Shown here piece by piece: positions 27,025-32,000 of a stretch of DNA of 32,000 nucleotides. The stretch's first letter is position 1. Each line of letters begins with the position of its first letter. Location: sequence record CM072920.1. One strand, 5' to 3'. The translations under genes were made by a program, and so were the position numbers. Under the pieces are notes generated by a model that was given only the letters and a program-made list of their open reading frames with translations, searched no databases and was not told the origin of the DNA.

Positions 27025-27031
27025 AAGGAGG
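27025..27031 (+). promoter_or_regulatory. Shine-Dalgarno-like AAGGAGG upstream of rps9
   Basis: 13 nt before the ATG at 27045. Confidence 0.45.
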
Positions 27032-27044
27032 TTTATTAAGTGCA

Positions 27045-27470
27045 ATGACCCAGCCAACAATTGGAGTAATTCGATCAGGTGGAAGAAAAACAGCCAATGT
27101 TTGTGTAAAATTAGTTCCAAGTTCCAGTTCTCAAATTATTGTAAATGGAAAACCAGCGTCTGTGTATTTTCAAGAGAATGCTGTTTATTTACAAAACATT
27201 TTAACAGCTTATGAGCTTGTAAAAATTGAATCTCAACTTTTAAAAATAGAAACAAAATATGATGCTTTTATTCAAGTAACAGGTGGTGGATTAAGCGCTC
27301 AATCGCAAGCAATTAGACTTGCATTATGTAAAGCTTTTTTAGAAATTTATCCTCATTTACGTAGTTATTTTAAAAAACGTGGTTTTTTAACACGAGATGC
27401 TCGTATAAAAGAACGTCGTAAATATGGATTGAAAAAAGCTCGCAAAGCCCCACAATTTTCGAAACGTTAA
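27045..27470 (+). CDS. rps9: 30S ribosomal protein S9
   Basis: 141-aa ORF with the S9 C-terminus GFLTRDARIKERRKYGLKKARKAPQFSKR. AAGGAGG lies 13 nt upstream of the ATG. Confidence 0.92.
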   Translation: MTQPTIGVIRSGGRKTANVCVKLVPSSSSQIIVNGKPASVYFQENAVYLQNILTAYELVKIESQLLKIETKYDAFIQVTGGGLSAQSQAIRLALCKAFLEIYPHLRSYFKKRGFLTRDARIKERRKYGLKKARKAPQFSKR

Positions 27471-27744
27471 TTTTGTTTATTTTTTACGTTCATTTTTATG
27501 TGAATTTTTTAGGGTGATTTTTGTTCCAAAAAGTTTTTTCCAAAAAAGGTGTTGGTTCATTTCAAAATTCATTTTTGGATCAAACTTCGTTTTTTTAAAA
27601 GGAACAAAAGAATTGTAAAAAATAAATATTTTCTTTTTTGTTTAAAAAACTTCATCAGTATTGTTACAAAAACGTAGTTTTGTAACAAAAAATTTTTATT
27701 TAATTCTTGTTGAAAAAAATATTAAATAAGGAAAAATTTGTAGT

Positions 27745-28140
27745 ATGTCAACAACAACTAATGAAATTATTGAAAAATTAAAATCTATTACATTATTAGA
27801 AGCAGCTGAATTAGTTTCACAAATTGAAGAAACTTTTGGTGTAGATGCTTCTGCTCCTGTTGCAGGTGGTTTTTTAGCTGCTCCAATGGAATCAGCAGCT
27901 TCACAAAAAGAAGCAGTTGAAGAAAAAACAACTTTTGATATTATTCTTGAAGATGTTCCAAGTGATAAACGTATTCCTGTATTAAAAGTTATTCGTAATT
28001 TAACTTCTTTAGATCTTAAAGAAGCGAAAGAATCTATTACTTCTTTACCAAAAGCGATTAAACAAGGAATTTCAAAAGAAGAAGCTGAAACAGCTAAACA
28101 ACAATTAGAAGAAGCAGGTGCAAAAGTAAAAATTGCATAA
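27745..28140 (+). CDS. rpl12: 50S ribosomal protein L7/L12
   Basis: 131-aa ORF with the N-terminal dimerisation helix, an Ala-rich hinge, and a C-terminal domain ([25 protein letters not shown]). Confidence 0.93.
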   Translation: MSTTTNEIIEKLKSITLLEAAELVSQIEETFGVDASAPVAGGFLAAPMESAASQKEAVEEKTTFDIILEDVPSDKRIPVLKVIRNLTSLDLKEAKESITSLPKAIKQGISKEEAETAKQQLEEAGAKVKIA

Positions 28141-28323
28141 CTAATTTTTTAACCTTTTTTTTTGTTTTATTTTTTTTTCCTGTTCTTTTTTAATTATATT
28201 TCTATCGAATTAGTTTCATTTTCTGTTCTTGTTCCAATTCTTTGTTCTAGAAAAACAGGAGGAAAATTACAGAAAATGAAAGATATGGAAAATGACTCGT
28301 GTTCCTTTTCCAGTTATTTTTCT

Positions 28324-28358
28324 TTCCAGTTCTTGTTCGTTTAGAACAAGAACTGGAA
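28324..28358. repeat. 15-bp perfect hairpin, TTCCAGTTCTTGTTC family
   Basis: TTCCAGTTCTTGTTC-GTTTA-GAACAAGAACTGGAA. Confidence 0.85.
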
Positions 28359-28434
28359 CTCGGTTGCAAAAACAAAGTTTTTGGAAAAAGAACAAGAAGA
28401 TAAAAACAAAGTTAGTTCCTATTGTTTTTCCTTG

Positions 28435-28452
28435 TGTAAAAAGCGCAACGAA
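28435..28452 (-). repeat. same motif, copy 4 (reverse orientation)
   Basis: The plus strand reads TGTAAAAAGCGCAACGAA, whose reverse complement is TTCGTTGCGCTTTTTACA. Confidence 0.65.
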
Positions 28453-28568
28453 TTATTTTTAGCGCAGCTAAAAATAAAAGGAGTTTTCAAATATTGAATA
28501 AACAAAGTTTTTGCAAAAAAAATGGAAATAATTGAAAAAAATTAATATTGTTAAATTTATTTATTTTT

Positions 28569-28640
28569 TGAGTCCAGTAGGATTTGAACCTACATTAGAA
28601 ACTTAGAAGGTTCCTGTCCTATCCATTAGACGATGGACTC
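28569..28640 (-). tRNA. trnR: tRNA-Arg (UCU)
   Basis: Reverse complement reads GAGTCCA-TC-GTCT-AATGGATA-GGAC-A-GGAAC-CTTCTAA-GTTTC-TAAT-GTAGG-TTCAAAT-CCTAC-TGGACTC-A, 72 nt. Confidence 0.9.
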
Positions 28641-28760
28641 AAACGCTAGTTTTTCAATAATCAATATGTTAAAACGCTAGGTGCTGTTCTAAAAATTCCA
28701 TTTTGTCAAAAATGAAATGGGTTCTTTTTTTAAAAACAAAGTTTTTAGAACACCATGTAA

Positions 28761-28779
28761 TTCCAGGTAAAGCCTGGAA
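28761..28779. repeat. CCAGG-family short hairpin
   Basis: TTCCAGG-TAAAG-CCTGGAA. Confidence 0.75.
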
Positions 28780-29024
28780 CAACATAGAAACGAAAAAAAG
28801 GAAAGGAAAGAAAGCACTAGCGTTATGTTTTGTAATACTTTGTTCTTAGAAAGAAAAAAAATTAGTTTTTATATCTAGTATTTAAAGCTATTATTATTTT
28901 TTCATTTTTGTATTTATAAAATACATTTCAAAATACTTTGTTTTTTGAATCAAGTCCAAAAATTTTTTGGAAAAATAAAAAGCTTTTTTTTAATATAAAA
29001 AATTAAAAGTTCGAATTTCTATAA

Positions 29025-30095
29025 TTATTCTTGGGTAAATCCAAAAACACGTTTAAAAACGTCACGAACTTTATCACCGGAATCAATAGATTCTAATGGA
29101 TCTTTTCGTAAACGATGACGTAAACATAATGGAATAACACGAAAAATATCTTCTACAGTAACTGTAGTATGTCCTTCAAAAGCGGCTAATGCTTTACTAG
29201 CACGATTTGTTACAATATCTCCTCTTAATCCATCAACATTTAATTCTGAACAAATTTGAGATATTTTTACTCTATGATCATAACTTATTTGCACTTGAGG
29301 CAGAAGTTGACGTGCTTGAATAATTTGGTTAGCTAATTCATTTTGTGAATCATTATAATTTTTACGAAATTCTAAGGGAGCAGCATCAAAATTAGCTCTT
29401 TGTTCTACAATTTGTACACGAAGATTTGGTTCTTTTACTGTTCCAATTTGAGCATGCATACCAAAACGATCTAATAACTGAGGTCTAAGTTCTCCCTCCT
29501 CAGGATTTCCAGAGCCAACAAGAATAAATCGAGCTGGGTGACTAATTGAAATACCTTCACGTTCTACGGTATTCCAACCTGAAGCTGCAGAATCAAGTAA
29601 AACATCAACTAAATGATCATCTAATAAATTAACTTCATCAACATATAAAATGCCACGATTAGCTTTAGCTAATAATCCCGGTTCAAAAGCTTTTACACCT
29701 TCAGTTAAAGCTTTTTCTATATCAATTGTTCCGCAAACACGATCTTCAGTAGCACCTAATGGCAGGTCTACCATAGTAATTTTTTTTGTTGTAACTGGTA
29801 GTTTTTCATTCGCTTGAAGTCTTTCACGAACTTCTTGACTCATTAATTCTGGATCTTGTGGATCAGAATTAAATGGATCATCAGCGACTACTTGAATTTC
29901 CGGTAAAAGATCAACTAATGCACGCACTGTTGTTGATTTTCCAGTACCACGATCTCCCATGATCATAACACCACCTATTTTGGGGTCAATTACATTTAAA
30001 ATTAATGCTAATTTCATTTCTTCTTGACCAACAATAGCCGTAAATGGAAAAACTGGTCTTGCTTGTTCTAAAGAATTTTTAATAATTGTATCCAT
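29025..30095 (-). CDS. chlI: magnesium chelatase subunit I (AAA+ ATPase)
   Basis: 356-aa ORF with Walker [10 protein letters not shown], Walker [13 protein letters not shown] and the block [23 protein letters not shown]. Confidence 0.97.
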   Translation of the reverse strand: MDTIIKNSLEQARPVFPFTAIVGQEEMKLALILNVIDPKIGGVMIMGDRGTGKSTTVRALVDLLPEIQVVADDPFNSDPQDPELMSQEVRERLQANEKLPVTTKKITMVDLPLGATEDRVCGTIDIEKALTEGVKAFEPGLLAKANRGILYVDEVNLLDDHLVDVLLDSAASGWNTVEREGISISHPARFILVGSGNPEEGELRPQLLDRFGMHAQIGTVKEPNLRVQIVEQRANFDAAPLEFRKNYNDSQNELANQIIQARQLLPQVQISYDHRVKISQICSELNVDGLRGDIVTNRASKALAAFEGHTTVTVEDIFRVIPLCLRHRLRKDPLESIDSGDKVRDVFKRVFGFTQE

Positions 30096-30308
30096 AAAAA
30101 AGATTCAACTTAATTTTTATAAATTATTTTTCTACTTGTTTTTATTAGTTTACTAAAGAAAATGTAATATTTTTTACGTTTATTCCAAAAAAATAAGTTA
30201 TTCCTTTTTCATTTATAATTCTAGTTATTTTCGAAAAGAAAAAACAAAAGGAAAAGAAAAAAACAGAAGTAGAAGGGAAAACATCAAAAAAAAATTACAT
30301 TTTTAATT

Positions 30309-30334
30309 TTCTAAAATGTAATTCTAAAATGTAA
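30309..30334. repeat. tandem duplication TTCTAAAATGTAA x2 in the chlI-petA divergent spacer
   Basis: Units at 30309-30321 and 30322-30334. Confidence 0.75.
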
Positions 30335-30706
30335 ATAGACGTTCTAGTTCGATATCAACAATTTAAATAAGTATTATAATTCTCTAATTAAATAAAATTA
30401 TAACCTATAATTTATTTATTAACAATGCCTTTTATTAAAAAACAGATTTGTAATTTTTACAAAGTAAAAACTCATCGGTTATAATAAATTAAGAAAAATA
30501 ATAAAATTCAAATAGTTTATATTGAGTATCTGTTTTATTGTTACAAGAGAAAAGTATTATACTATTGTTTATTTTTTGTGGTTTTACTTAGTATTTTTTA
30601 TTATTTGTTCCATTTCCGTTTGCTTTTCAGTTTCCTTTTCAAAAAACTCGTTTTTTGAAAAGGAACCTAAACCAAAAAAGACAGAAAAAGCAAAAAAGAA
30701 AAAGAG

Positions 30707-30791
30707 TTCCGTTTTCATTTCTTTTTAAAAACGAGTTGTTTTTTTTTACAAAGTAAAAAAAAAGCTAAGACCAAATGTAATAAATTTTGTT
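30707..30791 (+). repeat. module of about 85 nt upstream of petA, copy B
   Basis: TTCCGTTTTCATTT...GTTGTTTTTTTTTACAAAGTAAAAAAAAAGCTAAGACCAAATGTAATAAATTTTGTT. Same orientation as copy A, but the 3-nt hairpin loop is AAA instead of TTT. Confidence 0.8.
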
Positions 30792-30859
30792 TTTAGAAGA
30801 AAAGGAATAAAATTTAACTCAACTTACTAGGTAAAAAGACACAAATAGTGTTTTTCACA

Positions 30860-31912
30860 ATGAGAAGAAAATTTTATTTGAATAATTCAGTAGTAAAAAT
30901 TATGATTAATTTCAAAAATTCAAATTCTGTTGCTAATTTTCATTCATTTTTATCTCGTAAAAATGAACTAGCTACAAAACAAATTTTTTATTGGTGGACA
31001 AAGCAATTCGTTGTTTTTGGTTTAGGATTTTTCTTAACAACATCTGCACAAGCATATCCTATTTTTGCACAACAAAATTATGAAAATCCTCGTGAAGCAA
31101 ATGGCCGAATTGTTTGTGCAAATTGTCATTTGGCACAAAAACCTGTAGAAATAGAAGTTCCACAAGCAATATTACCTGATACAGTTTTTGAAGCTGTTGT
31201 GAAAATTCCATATGATAAACAAATCAAACAAGTATTAGCAAATGGAAAAAAAGGTGATCTTAATGTTGGAGCTGTTTTAATTTTACCGGAAGGTTTTGAA
31301 TTAGCACCACCAGATAGAATTCCAGAAGAAATGAAAGCTAAAATAGGAAAATTATACTTTCAAACATATAGTCCAGAAAAACAAAATATTTTAGTGGTAG
31401 GTCCAGTTTCTGGAAAAAAATATAGCGAAATTGTATTCCCTATTTTATCACCGGATCCAACCAAAAATAAAGCGATATCTTATTTAAAATATCCAATTTA
31501 TATTGGTGGTAATCGTGGTCGAGGTCAAGTTTATCCTGATGGTTCAAAAAGTAATAATACAATCTATACTTGTTCTACAAGTGGACAAATTACAGCTATT
31601 GAACCTATTGACAAAAAAGGTGGTTATATTATAACAATTCAACCAACGTCAGGTGAAGCCATCCAAGAAAAAGTACCAGCAGGTCCGGAATTACTTGTAA
31701 AAGTTGGTGACAATGTTCAAATTGATCAACCACTAACTAATAATCCAAATGTTGGTGGTTTTGGACAAGAAGAAACGGAAATTGTTTTACAAAATCCAGC
31801 ACGTGTTCAAGGATTATTAGTTTTCTTTATTTTTGTTCTATTTGCTCAAGTTTTCTTAGTTCTAAAGAAAAAACAATTTGAAAAAGTACAATTATCAGAA
31901 ATGAATTTTTAG
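30860..31912 (+). CDS. petA: cytochrome f precursor
   Basis: The mature N-terminus [27 protein letters not shown] carries the CxxCH haem site, and a C-terminal membrane anchor is present. I use the first ATG at 30860; the track ORF starts at a GTG at 30848, and another in-frame ATG lies at 30902. Confidence 0.95.
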   Translation: MRRKFYLNNSVVKIMINFKNSNSVANFHSFLSRKNELATKQIFYWWTKQFVVFGLGFFLTTSAQAYPIFAQQNYENPREANGRIVCANCHLAQKPVEIEVPQAILPDTVFEAVVKIPYDKQIKQVLANGKKGDLNVGAVLILPEGFELAPPDRIPEEMKAKIGKLYFQTYSPEKQNILVVGPVSGKKYSEIVFPILSPDPTKNKAISYLKYPIYIGGNRGRGQVYPDGSKSNNTIYTCSTSGQITAIEPIDKKGGYIITIQPTSGEAIQEKVPAGPELLVKVGDNVQIDQPLTNNPNVGGFGQEETEIVLQNPARVQGLLVFFIFVLFAQVFLVLKKKQFEKVQLSEMNF

Positions 31913-32000
31913 TATAATTGATCACAAAATTTTTTACAAAAGCTTTGTTGGTTTCTTTTCCAAAAATAAAGTTGGTTCTGGTTCCATTTCTTTAAAAAAT

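Overview
This window is a strongly AT-rich fragment of a green-algal (chlorophyte) plastid genome, not a bacterial accessory region. I can place 33 standard plastid protein genes. In order they are petD, petB, clpP, psbB-psbT-(psbN)-psbH, psbM, rpl20, rps18, psaJ, rps12-rps7-tufA, rpl19, ycf4 and cemA. These are followed by the large ribosomal-protein cluster rpl23-rpl2-rps19-rps3-rpl16-rpl14-rpl5-rps8-infA-rpl36-rps11-rpoA-rps9-rpl12, then chlI and petA. There are also 9 tRNA genes: trnY, trnL-UAA with its classical group I intron, trnS, trnG, trnM/fM, trnE, trnW, trnP and trnR. A core chlorophyte plastome fits several observations: tufA, chlI, rpl12, rpl19 and a continuous rps12 are present, rpl22 is absent, and petB, petD and rpl2 lack introns. 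The species cannot be determined by eye. I found no rRNA, CRISPR array, transposase, integrase or homing-endonuclease ORF, and no unexplained multi-gene cassette. Every unassigned ORF of 60 aa or more in the track is antisense to a real gene, overlaps a tRNA, or is built from low-complexity repeats. I therefore do not claim a new gene system. The unusual feature is a dense population of short dispersed, mostly palindromic repeats (SDRs) in several recognisable families: TTCCAAAAAC..GTTTTTGGAA, TTCCAGGTT..AACCTGGAA, GGAAAAGGAAAAG, TTCCAGTTCTTGTTC and ACGYTKCGCTTTTTAG. These repeats fill and expand the spacers. They form perfect palindromes up to 62-77 bp, flank partial copies of trnY, and occur as a shared module upstream of rps19 and petA. 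Most notably, they sit in-frame inside three protein-coding genes (rps8, rpoA, cemA). Coordinates of small genes, tRNAs and hairpins were derived by hand-counting. All functional roles proposed for hairpins and promoters are inference.
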